The notes under the pieces were generated by a model. It was not told where the DNA came from. It worked only from the letters and a program-made list of their open reading frames with translations, and ran no database searches. Shown piece after piece: positions 44,238-52,318 of a DNA stretch of 64,000 nt. Position numbers and translations under genes: made by a program. The stretch comes from Christensenella sp. UBA6880. GTDB taxonomy: Bacteria; Bacillota; Clostridia; Christensenellales; CAG-917. How positions within the stretch are numbered: the first letter of the stretch is position 1; each line of letters starts with the position of its first letter. The stretch lies in the NCBI GenBank assembly GCA_002449145.1, contig DKCG01000023.1, forward strand, positions 237 to 64,236, given 5' to 3'.

Positions 44238-45515
44238 ATGTCAAATCAACACTTAAAAATTATCGGCGGCAATCAACTTTTCGGCGCGTACGAGGTGCAT
44301 GCGGCAAAGAATGCGGTTTTGCCAATACTTGCTGCGGGACTTTTGACCAAAGAGGACTTAATCGTCGAAAACTGTCCCTACATAACCGACGTAGAAGCAA
44401 TGTCGAAAATGCTTGCCGCTTTGGGCGCGGACGTCGCGCGCGACGGCAGGAGCATAATCGTGCGAGGGCAAGCGCGCACGTCGCGCGTGAACGACGAACT
44501 TTGCAAGGATATGCGCTCGTCTATGTTTATGCTCGGCGCACTTTTGGCAACGGTGGGCGAGGTGGAAACTTCGCTTCCCGGCGGTTGCGACATAGGAAGC
44601 CGACCCCTCGACATTCACCTTGACGGACTTGAAAAAATGGGGGCGGAAATAACCGTTGACCAAAGCGGCATAAAATGCAGGGCGGCAAAACTCATCGGCG
44701 CGAAAATTCTTATGAAATATCCGTCCGTCGGCGCAACCGAAAATTTGCTTATGTGCGCGGCTTTGGCAAAGGGAAGAACCACGCTCGTGAATTGCGCAAG
44801 AGAACCCGAAATCGTGTCGCTCGTCGAGTGCTTGCGAGCAATGGGCGCGCGCATACGCGGCGAGGGTACGTCGGTTATCGAGATAGAGGGGGTAAAGGAA
44901 CTGTCGGGCACGAGGTTTACGCCCGTCGACGACAGAATCGTTGCGGGAACTTTGCTTTGCGCGGCTTCGGTATGCGGCGGCGACGTTCAGATATACGGCG
45001 CAAATAAAAAGCATTTGGGGGCGGTGATAAACGCGCTTCAAAACAAGGACTGCAAAATCGAGGGCGACGACAACTATCTTCGCGTGCGCTCTAACGGGCG
45101 TATGCATGCGGTGCGCGTATCGACCGCGCCATATCCGCTTTTTCCCACCGATATGCAACCGCAACTTTTGAGCGCGGCTTGTTTTTCGGACGGTGTGAGC
45201 GTAATCGACGAAACCGTGTTTGAAAACCGCTTTGCCCACGCGCGCGAACTTGCAAAACTCGGCGCGAGAATAAAGATAACCGACAACACGGCGCTTGTCG
45301 AGGGTTGCTGCAAATCCGATTCGCCGTATATGATAAGCGGCGGACAAATGAGCGCGAGCGACTTGCGAGGGGGCGCGGCTCTTTGTATCGCCGCACTCAA
45401 AATATCGGGGGAAAGCCGCGTGTACGGACTCGAATATATAGACAGAGGCTACGAGAATATCGAGGATATGTTCTGCTCGCTCGGCGGCTACGTTCTGCGC
45501 ACGAAAGACAGATAA
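44238..45515 (+). CDS. murA: UDP-N-acetylglucosamine 1-carboxyvinyltransferase
   Basis: About 425 aa from ATG 44238 (44226 also possible; the ORF track starts at 43989); starts LKIIGGNQLFGAYEVHAAKNAVLP, active-site region LPGGCDIGSRPLDIH. Confidence 0.93.
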   Translation: MSNQHLKIIGGNQLFGAYEVHAAKNAVLPILAAGLLTKEDLIVENCPYITDVEAMSKMLAALGADVARDGRSIIVRGQARTSRVNDELCKDMRSSMFMLGALLATVGEVETSLPGGCDIGSRPLDIHLDGLEKMGAEITVDQSGIKCRAAKLIGAKILMKYPSVGATENLLMCAALAKGRTTLVNCAREPEIVSLVECLRAMGARIRGEGTSVIEIEGVKELSGTRFTPVDDRIVAGTLLCAASVCGGDVQIYGANKKHLGAVINALQNKDCKIEGDDNYLRVRSNGRMHAVRVSTAPYPLFPTDMQPQLLSAACFSDGVSVIDETVFENRFAHARELAKLGARIKITDNTALVEGCCKSDSPYMISGGQMSASDLRGGAALCIAALKISGESRVYGLEYIDRGYENIEDMFCSLGGYVLRTKDR

Positions 45516-45591
45516 ACGCGCCTATTTTTACGATAAAACGCCTTTATAGACAAAAAATAGGCGGATTCTGCAAATTTTTGATAAAAATCCG

Positions 45592-45619
45592 TTGACACGA
45601 TAAGTATTTTTAATATAAT
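45592..45619 (+). promoter_or_regulatory. sigma-A type promoter upstream of ftsA-ftsZ
   Basis: TTGACA, 16 nt, TATAAT. Confidence 0.6.
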
Positions 45620-45673
45620 TATATTATAAATAATACGCGCGATAGCGTGTTTTTTAGAAAAAAGAGGAAGAAT

Positions 45674-46843
45674 ATGGGTTCGATTTTCACAAAAGACATA
45701 GCCGTTTTGGACGTCAACTCTCGCCTTGTGAGCGCAATCGTAGGCTCAAAGAGGGCGCAGAGCGTTTTCGGCATTAAGTCTGTTGTCGAAAAACAACATC
45801 AAGGCTACGAAAACGGCGAGTGGTTCGACGGCAAGGAAACCGTGCAAATCGCAAAAGAGGTTCTTCTGGAAGCAATGAAGAACGCGGACTCTCGCACCAA
45901 ACGTCTTTTTATCGGCGTACCTGCCGAATTCGTCACCGTCGTCACCAAAGAAGTTTCCGTGAGACTTGACAGACAACGCAGAGTCATCGACGACGACATT
46001 TCTTATCTTCTCAAAAAAGGCGACGATTTCGACCAAAGCAAATATCTGACAATCAACACTTCGGCAATCTATTTTGCCATCGACGGGCAAGACAAGATAT
46101 ACAGCGACGTAAGGGATATGGACGCTCAACAAGTCGAGGCTTGCGTGAGTTATATGCTTTGCGAAAGAGCGTTCGTCGAGATGTTCGACACCGTTGCAAG
46201 CGAACTCGGATTCACCGACGTCAGATACGTTGCGACTTGCTGGGCAGAGTGTATGGCTTTGCTTGAAAAGGAACAGCGCGACAACGTGTATATGCTCATC
46301 GACATCGGATATTTGTCCTCGTCGGTCAGCATTGCAAAGGGCGACGGAATCCTCGAAATGAAGTCGTTTTCTATGGGCGGCGCGCACATCTGCGCGGATA
46401 TATTCGAGGCTTTGGACGTGCCTTTCGATATGGCGGAAGAAGCAAAACGCCTCGTTGACCTCAATCTCAATTACAGCGACGAAGCGGTGCTTGTCAGCGA
46501 CGGCGAAAACGCCGTATACGCACAAGATGCTTGCGAAATTGCAAAGAACAGACTCGACGTGTTTGCCGACATCATCGGCGACATTCTCAAAAGCGTCGAA
46601 GAAGACGCACCGTCGTATATGCCCGTATATCTCACGGGCGAGGGCGTTGCCTCTATGCGCGGCGCAAAGAAGTATCTGAGCGAACAACTCGGAAAAAATA
46701 TTGAAATCATCACTCCGAAACTTCCCGGATTCGTCAAACCGGACGACTGCTCGAAAGCGTCGCTTCTAATTATGGCGGACAATCTGTCGAAGTTCGACTT
46801 CGGAGCGTTTATAAAAAAGTTATTCAACGGAGGTAAAAAATGA
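45674..46843 (+). CDS. ftsA: FtsA-like actin-family cell division protein
   Basis: 389 aa from ATG 45674 (RBS AAGAGGAAG; the ORF-track start 45647 is a GTG); actin/Hsp70-fold motifs (DIGYLSSSVSI, GGAHI, LTGEGV); directly upstream of ftsZ. Confidence 0.8.
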   Translation: MGSIFTKDIAVLDVNSRLVSAIVGSKRAQSVFGIKSVVEKQHQGYENGEWFDGKETVQIAKEVLLEAMKNADSRTKRLFIGVPAEFVTVVTKEVSVRLDRQRRVIDDDISYLLKKGDDFDQSKYLTINTSAIYFAIDGQDKIYSDVRDMDAQQVEACVSYMLCERAFVEMFDTVASELGFTDVRYVATCWAECMALLEKEQRDNVYMLIDIGYLSSSVSIAKGDGILEMKSFSMGGAHICADIFEALDVPFDMAEEAKRLVDLNLNYSDEAVLVSDGENAVYAQDACEIAKNRLDVFADIIGDILKSVEEDAPSYMPVYLTGEGVASMRGAKKYLSEQLGKNIEIITPKLPGFVKPDDCSKASLLIMADNLSKFDFGAFIKKLFNGGKK

Positions 46844-48279
46844 TAGATTTTGAAAAATTCGGTTGGACGCCGAGCGACGAAACTTCCCAAGAGGAAGAAG
46901 AAACCGTGCAAGAAGCCACGCAAGAGGAAGTTCAACAAGCCGTAGAGGAAATTGAACAAGAAGAAACTCACGAACAGTTCCAACCCGTTTCTCAAAAGAA
47001 ACCCGGCAAGGCGAACATCGTCGTAGTCGGCGTGGGCGGTGGCGGAAACAACGCCGTCAACAACATGATTAGAGCAGGCATCAAGAGCGCAAGTTTCGTT
47101 GTTATGAACACGGATATGCAAGCACTCAATATGTCCCTTGTTCCTCCGCATTGCAAAATTCAACTCGGCGCGAATATGACGGGCGGTTTGGGCGCAGGCT
47201 CTGACCCCGAAATCGGCAGAAAGGCCGCCGAGGAATCTCGCGAACGTATCAAAGCCGCTCTCAAAGACATCGACCTTTTGTTTATCACCGCAGGTATGGG
47301 CGGTGGAACGGGTACGGGTGCGGCCCCCGTCATCGCAGAGATTGCAAAATCCATGAACATTCTCACCGTCGCGGTTGTCACCAAACCGTTCAACTTCGAG
47401 GGTGCGCAACGTATGAAAAACGCCGAAGAAGGCATCAAAAACCTCAAAAACTTCGTCGATACGCTCTTGGTTATCCCCAACCAAAAACTCATCGAAGTGC
47501 TTGACAAGAACATTTCCTTCAAACGTGCGTTCGAAATCGCTGACGACGTGCTTCGTCAAGGCGTTCAGGGCGTAAGCGACGTCATCGCAAATCCCGAACT
47601 TATCAACCTCGACTTTGCAGACGTTCGCACGATTCTTTCCAACAAAGGTCTTGCCCATATGGGTATCGGCTACGGCAAGGGAGAAAAGAGAGTCATCGAA
47701 GCAGTGCGCGGCGCAGTGTTCAGTCCGCTTCTCGAAACGGACATCGAGGGCGCAACCGGCATCATCGTCAACATCACCGGCGGCGAGGATATGCTTTTGG
47801 GCGAAGTCACCGAAGCGTGCGACATCGTAAAACAGGTCGTAGACCCCAGCGCAAACATCATTCTCGGCACGGCGTTCGTTCCCGACAAGAAAGACATCGA
47901 AATCACGATTATCGCAACCGGATTTGTGGACAGAAACCTTGCGCCTGCAAGAAGCAGCGCGCCGCAACCGCCCAAATCCTTTGCAACCGCGCTTTCGCAA
48001 GCGGCTTCCAACGTTGAAGAAGACGAAAAGGAAGAAGAACAACAAGCGGAAGTAGAGCAACCCGTGTTCAACCAAAATATCTTTGCAAACAGACCCACGT
48101 TCGGACAAATGCAAAGACCGGTTGCACCCGCAGAGCCCGTTCAACCCGTAGTACAACCCCAAGTCGCACCGACGCCGCAACCCGTTACGCAAGAAAACGA
48201 AGTTCAATCTTCGAGAATCGACGTCACCAAAAAGCAAGTCCCCGCATTCCTTCGCAGATTGAAAAGGGACAGAGACTGA
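46840..48279 (+). CDS. ftsZ: Cell division protein FtsZ (with about 55-aa acidic N-terminal extension)
   Basis: 479 aa; RBS GGAGGTAAAAA; tubulin signature GGGTGTGAAPVIA, VGVGGGGNNAV; long Q/P-rich linker and conserved C-terminal peptide (VPAFLRR). Confidence 0.97.
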   Translation: MIDFEKFGWTPSDETSQEEEETVQEATQEEVQQAVEEIEQEETHEQFQPVSQKKPGKANIVVVGVGGGGNNAVNNMIRAGIKSASFVVMNTDMQALNMSLVPPHCKIQLGANMTGGLGAGSDPEIGRKAAEESRERIKAALKDIDLLFITAGMGGGTGTGAAPVIAEIAKSMNILTVAVVTKPFNFEGAQRMKNAEEGIKNLKNFVDTLLVIPNQKLIEVLDKNISFKRAFEIADDVLRQGVQGVSDVIANPELINLDFADVRTILSNKGLAHMGIGYGKGEKRVIEAVRGAVFSPLLETDIEGATGIIVNITGGEDMLLGEVTEACDIVKQVVDPSANIILGTAFVPDKKDIEITIIATGFVDRNLAPARSSAPQPPKSFATALSQAASNVEEDEKEEEQQAEVEQPVFNQNIFANRPTFGQMQRPVAPAEPVQPVVQPQVAPTPQPVTQENEVQSSRIDVTKKQVPAFLRRLKRDRD

Positions 48280-48360
48280 TTGAGGCGAAAAGCGCAGATT
48301 TGCACAAAATCGCCAATCTAACCGCTTAAAATCTAAAAATTAATTGGAGTTATCAAACAA

Positions 48361-48396
48361 AATCCTCGCAAATTTTTGCGAGGATTTTTGCTTTTT
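48361..48396 (+). terminator. Intrinsic terminator after ftsZ
   Basis: AATCCTCGCAAA-TT-TTTGCGAGGATT followed by TTTGCTTTTT; overlaps the ORF-track start of spoIIGA (48376). Confidence 0.75.
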
Positions 48397-48447
48397 CATC
48401 GACACGGAAGGAAAGAAATTTCATTTGATTTACGCTATTTTGTTTTC

Positions 48448-49209
48448 GTGAACGTATACGTAGAACTCGTCGTTTTCAACAATCTCGCAGTGGATTTGTG
48501 CATATCTCTTTCAACGCTTGCGATAAGGCGAAAGAGAGTGGGCAAAATCCGCCTCGCTGTTACGTCGATAATCGGCGCGGCGGTGGCGACTGCGTTTGCG
48601 ATTGCGCCCAAATGGGGACAAATCCTCGTCAAAGTTTTGCTTGCGCCGATTATGTGCGTGTTGCTTTCAAAATGCGACGGCGATAAGGCAAAAGAGAAGA
48701 TATGCGACTATCTCAAAACGCTTGCATGCTTCTGTCTCGTAACGTACTTCGTCGGCGGTATCGTGTACGGTTTGTTGTATGCGTTTAACGTCGATATAAA
48801 GTTGTATGCGATTCTCGGTATCGTCGCAACGGCGGCGTTCGTATGTATCGCCGTAGGGCTCGTAATCGCCAAAAAGAGAAGCGCGAGCGGAAAAGTCTTA
48901 AAAGACGTCGAAATCGACGTTGACGGCGTTAGTTTCAAACTCAAAGGCTTGTGCGACAGCGGAAATCTGCTCACCGACGATTTGAGCGGTTTGCCCGTAG
49001 TTATACTGTCAAAATCCGCTTGTGAAAAAATAGGCAAGCGCACCATAGAAGGATTTGTAAATGCGCACACCGTAAGCGGCGATAAGTGTATGCCCGTCGT
49101 GCGCTTCGATGCGGTTAAGGTAGGCGAAAAAGCACAAAACGCACTCGGCGCACTCTGCGAACAAAACTTCGGCGACTACGACGTAATATTGCAAAATTCG
49201 ATGTTCTAA
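48448..49209 (+). CDS. spoIIGA: Sigma-E processing aspartic peptidase SpoIIGA
   Basis: Membrane N-half, C-terminal protease with the DSGN motif (GLCDSGNLLTD); upstream of sigE. Start uncertain: GTG 48448 preferred because 48376 lies inside the ftsZ terminator. Confidence 0.83.
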   Translation: MNVYVELVVFNNLAVDLCISLSTLAIRRKRVGKIRLAVTSIIGAAVATAFAIAPKWGQILVKVLLAPIMCVLLSKCDGDKAKEKICDYLKTLACFCLVTYFVGGIVYGLLYAFNVDIKLYAILGIVATAAFVCIAVGLVIAKKRSASGKVLKDVEIDVDGVSFKLKGLCDSGNLLTDDLSGLPVVILSKSACEKIGKRTIEGFVNAHTVSGDKCMPVVRFDAVKVGEKAQNALGALCEQNFGDYDVILQNSMF

Positions 49210-49302
49210 ACGGTTTTTTTGCAATATTCGACGGAGTGGAAAAGAGCGTTCGATAAAAAATATCGTTTCTGCTCATAAAAACGTAAATAACGGAGAAAAT
49301 AT

Positions 49303-50016
49303 ATGAAAAGCAAAATCAAAGCGTTGTTTCAAAAGTTGCTCGAGAAACTCGGACTGAAAGAGAAATCGTTTGTCAACTACATATCGCAAGGCAATTCGTT
49401 GCCGTCGCCGCTCACGCCCGACGAGGAAACGGAAACCGTAAAAAAGTACCTTGCAGGCGACGAGGAAGCGAGATTGTCGCTCATCGAGCATAATTTGCGC
49501 CTTGTCGTGTACATTGCCAAGCGATTCGACAACACGGGCGTGGATATGGACGACCTCGTGTCAATCGGCACGATAGGGCTTATCAAGGCGGTGGGAAGTT
49601 ACAATCCCGACAAGAACATAAAACTTGCCACGTTCGCTTCTCGGTGCATAGAAAACGAAATCCTTATGCACCTAAGAAAGACGGGTAAGCAACGCGCCGA
49701 AGTGTCGCTCGACGAGCCGCTGAACGTGGACTGGGAAGGGAATATGCTTCTTCTTTGCGACATAATCGGCACAGACCCCGACGCCGTATACGACAAAGTC
49801 GAGGCGTGCGACGAAAAGAAGATATTGAAGGACACTTTCGACAAGTTGCCCGACCGCGAAAAGCAGATTCTCGAACTTCGTTTCGGACTTTACGGCAAAG
49901 ATGAAATGACTCAAAAAGAAATTGCGGATATGATGGGAATATCGCAGTCCTACATATCGCGGCTCGAAAAGAAAATCGTAGACAACTTGAAGCGAGATAT
50001 GCAAAAACTCGGCTAA
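49303..50016 (+). CDS. sigE: Sporulation sigma factor SigE (pro-sigma-E)
   Basis: 237 aa; pro-sequence then LPSPLTPDEE, HNLRLVVYIAKRF, ATFASRCIENEILMHLR, close to B. subtilis SigE; RBS GGAGAAAA. Confidence 0.93.
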   Translation: MKSKIKALFQKLLEKLGLKEKSFVNYISQGNSLPSPLTPDEETETVKKYLAGDEEARLSLIEHNLRLVVYIAKRFDNTGVDMDDLVSIGTIGLIKAVGSYNPDKNIKLATFASRCIENEILMHLRKTGKQRAEVSLDEPLNVDWEGNMLLLCDIIGTDPDAVYDKVEACDEKKILKDTFDKLPDREKQILELRFGLYGKDEMTQKEIADMMGISQSYISRLEKKIVDNLKRDMQKLG

Positions 50017-50080
50017 AACTCGTTGGAATCGGCTAAACTCGGTCGTAATCCGTCGGAATCGGCTGAACTCGGTCGGAATC
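50006..50080 (+). repeat. Tandem 20-bp repeat (about 3.5 copies, 10-bp sub-period) starting at the sigE stop codon
   Basis: GGCTAAAACTCGTTGGAATC / GGCTAAACTCGGTCGTAATC / CGTCGGAATC / GGCTGAACTCGGTCGGAATC; the first unit contains the last sigE codon and TAA. Confidence 0.8.
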
Positions 50081-50140
50081 AGTTATATTTCGTTAAGAAT
50101 ATCGAAAAATCGCATATCTAACGCACTGAATTTAATTTAC

Positions 50141-50175
50141 CCGTACAAGTACATACTCAAAGGAGGCTTGTATGG
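50141..50175 (+). promoter_or_regulatory. Hairpin sequestering the sigG start codon (RBS in the loop)
   Basis: CCGTACAAG (50141-50149) pairs with CTTGTATGG (50167-50175; 8 WC + 1 G.U); the loop contains AAAGGAGG; the ATG at 50172-50174 is inside the 3' arm. Confidence 0.5.
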
Positions 50176-50942
50176 GCAAAGTTCAAATATGCGGAATCGA
50201 CACCGCAACGCTACCCAAGATAAGCGCAAAAGAATGCGACGAATTGCTTTTGAAAATCAAGCGCGGCGACGGTGAAGCGCGTGATTTGTTTTTGCGTGCG
50301 AATATGCGACTCGTTTTGTCTTGCGTGGGCAGATTTTCAAAGTCGTCGGAAAGCGCGGACGATTTGTTTCAAGTCGGTATGGTCGGACTTTTGAAGGCTC
50401 TCGACAATTTCGACGTAAATCTCGACGTCAGATTTTCAACGTATGCCGTGCCTATGATAATAGGCGAGATGAGGCGCGCAATACGCGACCGCACCACGAT
50501 TAAAGTGTCGAGAAGTATGCGCGATACGGCGTACAAGGCGTTGAAAGCGAGAGAGGATTTGTCAAAACTCAACGCAAACGACCCGACGATGACGGAAATC
50601 GCCGAAGAAATCGGCGTACCGCTTTGCGAAGTTGCTTGCGCGCTCGACGCGGTGAGCGAACCCGTATCTTTTTACGAACCCGTTTATAACGACGCGGAGG
50701 AAGGACAGGAACTCATCGACCAACTTGCCGACAAGAAAGAAACGAGCGAAAACTGGACGGAAAAAATCGCTTTGCACGAAGCGTTGAAAAACGTTCCCGA
50801 ACGCGAAATGGAAGTCGTGCGATTGCGCTATTTCGACGGCAAAACGCAAATAGAGATAAGCAAAATCGTTGGCATATCGCAAGCGCAGGTATCACGCCTT
50901 GAAAAATCCGCGATAAAGCGCATAAAATCGTGTATGAATTGA
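50172..50942 (+). CDS. sigG: Sporulation sigma factor SigG
   Basis: 256 aa; starts KVQICGIDT..LP; NMRLVLSCVGRF, FSTYAVPMIIGEMRR; follows sigE as in spoIIGA-sigE-sigG operons. Confidence 0.93.
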   Translation: MGKVQICGIDTATLPKISAKECDELLLKIKRGDGEARDLFLRANMRLVLSCVGRFSKSSESADDLFQVGMVGLLKALDNFDVNLDVRFSTYAVPMIIGEMRRAIRDRTTIKVSRSMRDTAYKALKAREDLSKLNANDPTMTEIAEEIGVPLCEVACALDAVSEPVSFYEPVYNDAEEGQELIDQLADKKETSENWTEKIALHEALKNVPEREMEVVRLRYFDGKTQIEISKIVGISQAQVSRLEKSAIKRIKSCMN

Positions 50943-50998
50943 TTTTCGGCGGTGTTATATCAGCCGTCAAAACTCTAAAAATTGTTGCGAAAACCAAT

Positions 50999-51027
50999 AA
51001 AAAATACGGCGAATCGCCGTATTTTTT
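50999..51027 (+). terminator. Intrinsic terminator after sigG
   Basis: ATACGGCG-AAT-CGCCGTAT followed by TTTTT. Confidence 0.8.
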
Positions 51028-51174
51028 ATATCGATTGAAGTTGCAATGTCAATGTTCAATAGAAATGACGTTTCGATTGCATTGAGGTTTCGATTACAAT
51101 AAAGTTCCATTAACAATGAGGTTTCGATAACAACGATAACAACAGCGAATAATATTTATATATATTTTAATTTA

Positions 51175-51486
51175 TCAATAAGATATATCCTTGTTTTGCT
51201 CGTTGGTTTGGGCGGAGTCTTCCGCCATCGTCATTGCGTAGTTGCCAACGAGTTCCACCAAAACCGCGTCCGCGCCGATTTTCATAATCCGATTCCAAGG
51301 GATAAATATGGTTTCCGCGCTCGTAATGCTTTTCAAAAGGCTCTTTTTGCCGGGCACGACGATTCCGCAAACGTTTCCGCAATTCGTAAAAATAATGTCG
51401 CACGCCTTGCCGAGTTCCTTGCCGTCGGCAACGTTTATCACGGTCTTTCTTGATAGTTCCGCAAACGAGTATTGTCTTTGTGCCAT
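51175..51486 (-). CDS. YlmC/YmxH-family sporulation protein (PRC-barrel)
   Basis: 103 aa; pattern V..ADGKELG...D......G.....VVPG......IPW..I.KIG.D..LV typical of YlmC/YmxH. Confidence 0.85.
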   Translation of the reverse strand: MAQRQYSFAELSRKTVINVADGKELGKACDIIFTNCGNVCGIVVPGKKSLLKSITSAETIFIPWNRIMKIGADAVLVELVGNYAMTMAEDSAQTNEQNKDISY

Positions 51487-51634
51487 ACTAAATGATATTC
51501 CGCGTCGCCTTTTTTATTCCGACAAAATCCGCTTTGAAACATAAAAAATGTATAAAATGCGCAAAAACCGTCCGCTCGTTGTGCTTAATTGACCTATAAA
51601 CCCACTAAATATGGTATTTTTTCATAAATTAAGG

Positions 51635-51663
51635 TTTACATTTTTTACAATATATTGTATAAT
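51635..51663 (+). promoter_or_regulatory. nrdR promoter with embedded NrdR-box-like palindrome
   Basis: TTTACA, 17 nt, TATAAT; the spacer and -10 contain the perfect 14-bp palindrome TACAATATATTGTA (51646-51659). Confidence 0.55.
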
Positions 51664-51694
51664 ATTCGCAATAAAAGTCGAGGTATGTAGACAA

Positions 51695-52174
51695 ATGAAA
51701 TGTATATATTGCGGTAGTATGGACAGCAAAGTTGTAGATTCCCGCCAAAACGAGGACGGCACTTCCATTCGCCGTCGCAGAGAGTGTGTGGTTTGCGGCA
51801 AGCGTTTCACGACTTATGAAACCGTCGAATCGACGCCCGTAATGGTCATCAAAAAAGACGGTTCTCGCCAAGCGTTCGACCTCAATAAAATCAAAATCGG
51901 CATTATGAAAGCGTGCGAAAAACGCCCCATTTCGATGTCGTCAATCGACAGACTCGTAGGCGATATTCAACGCAAGGTGCTCAATTCGCTCGACCAAGAG
52001 ATTTCTTCCACCGCGCTCGGCGATATGGTTATGGAAGGCTTAAAGAGCATAGACGAAGTTGCTTACGTCCGTTATGCGTCCGTCCACCGTCAATTCAAGG
52101 ACATCAACACCTTGCTCGACGAAATCGAAAGCCTTGTCAAACTCAAAGAGGAAATGACCAAGAAAAACGACTGA
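51695..52174 (+). CDS. nrdR: Transcriptional repressor NrdR
   Basis: 159 aa from ATG 51695; zinc ribbon CIYCGS...CVVCGKRFTTYE and ATP-cone. The ORF-track start 51611 is rejected. Confidence 0.95.
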   Translation: MKCIYCGSMDSKVVDSRQNEDGTSIRRRRECVVCGKRFTTYETVESTPVMVIKKDGSRQAFDLNKIKIGIMKACEKRPISMSSIDRLVGDIQRKVLNSLDQEISSTALGDMVMEGLKSIDEVAYVRYASVHRQFKDINTLLDEIESLVKLKEEMTKKND

Positions 52175-52272
52175 TTTTGATAAAAACGTCGGATTCAAAA
52201 CGAACGATTGCTTAAAGAAAAGCGATTTATTTGAATAAGAAGTTTTTGTTAAGTTAAAAAATGAAAATCGTC

Positions 52273-52308
52273 AACGCAAAGCGTAACTCGTTTCGCTTTG
52301 CGTTTTTT
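52273..52308. terminator. Bidirectional intrinsic terminator between nrdR and sigK
   Basis: AACGCAAAGCG-N10-CGCTTTGCGTT followed by TTTT. Confidence 0.75.
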
Positions 52309-52318
52309 AATGTGCGAT

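Noticed and set aside
48396-48404. Spo0A box upstream of spoIIGA (CATCGACAC, 6/7 match to TTCGACA)
   Set aside because: It is a single imperfect 7-mer, and such matches are expected frequently by chance. I mention it only because spoIIG promoters are Spo0A-dependent in B. subtilis.
48376-48447. ORF-track start of spoIIGA at 48376
   Set aside because: It falls inside the stem and U-tract of the ftsZ terminator (48361-48396). The encoded 24 residues are unlike SpoIIGA N-termini. GTG 48448 (VNVYVELVV...) matches the usual start of the first TM segment, although the true start remains uncertain.
50006-50080. CRISPR-like array
   Set aside because: The units are contiguous 10/20-bp tandem repeats without spacers, only about 75 bp in total, and there are no cas genes.
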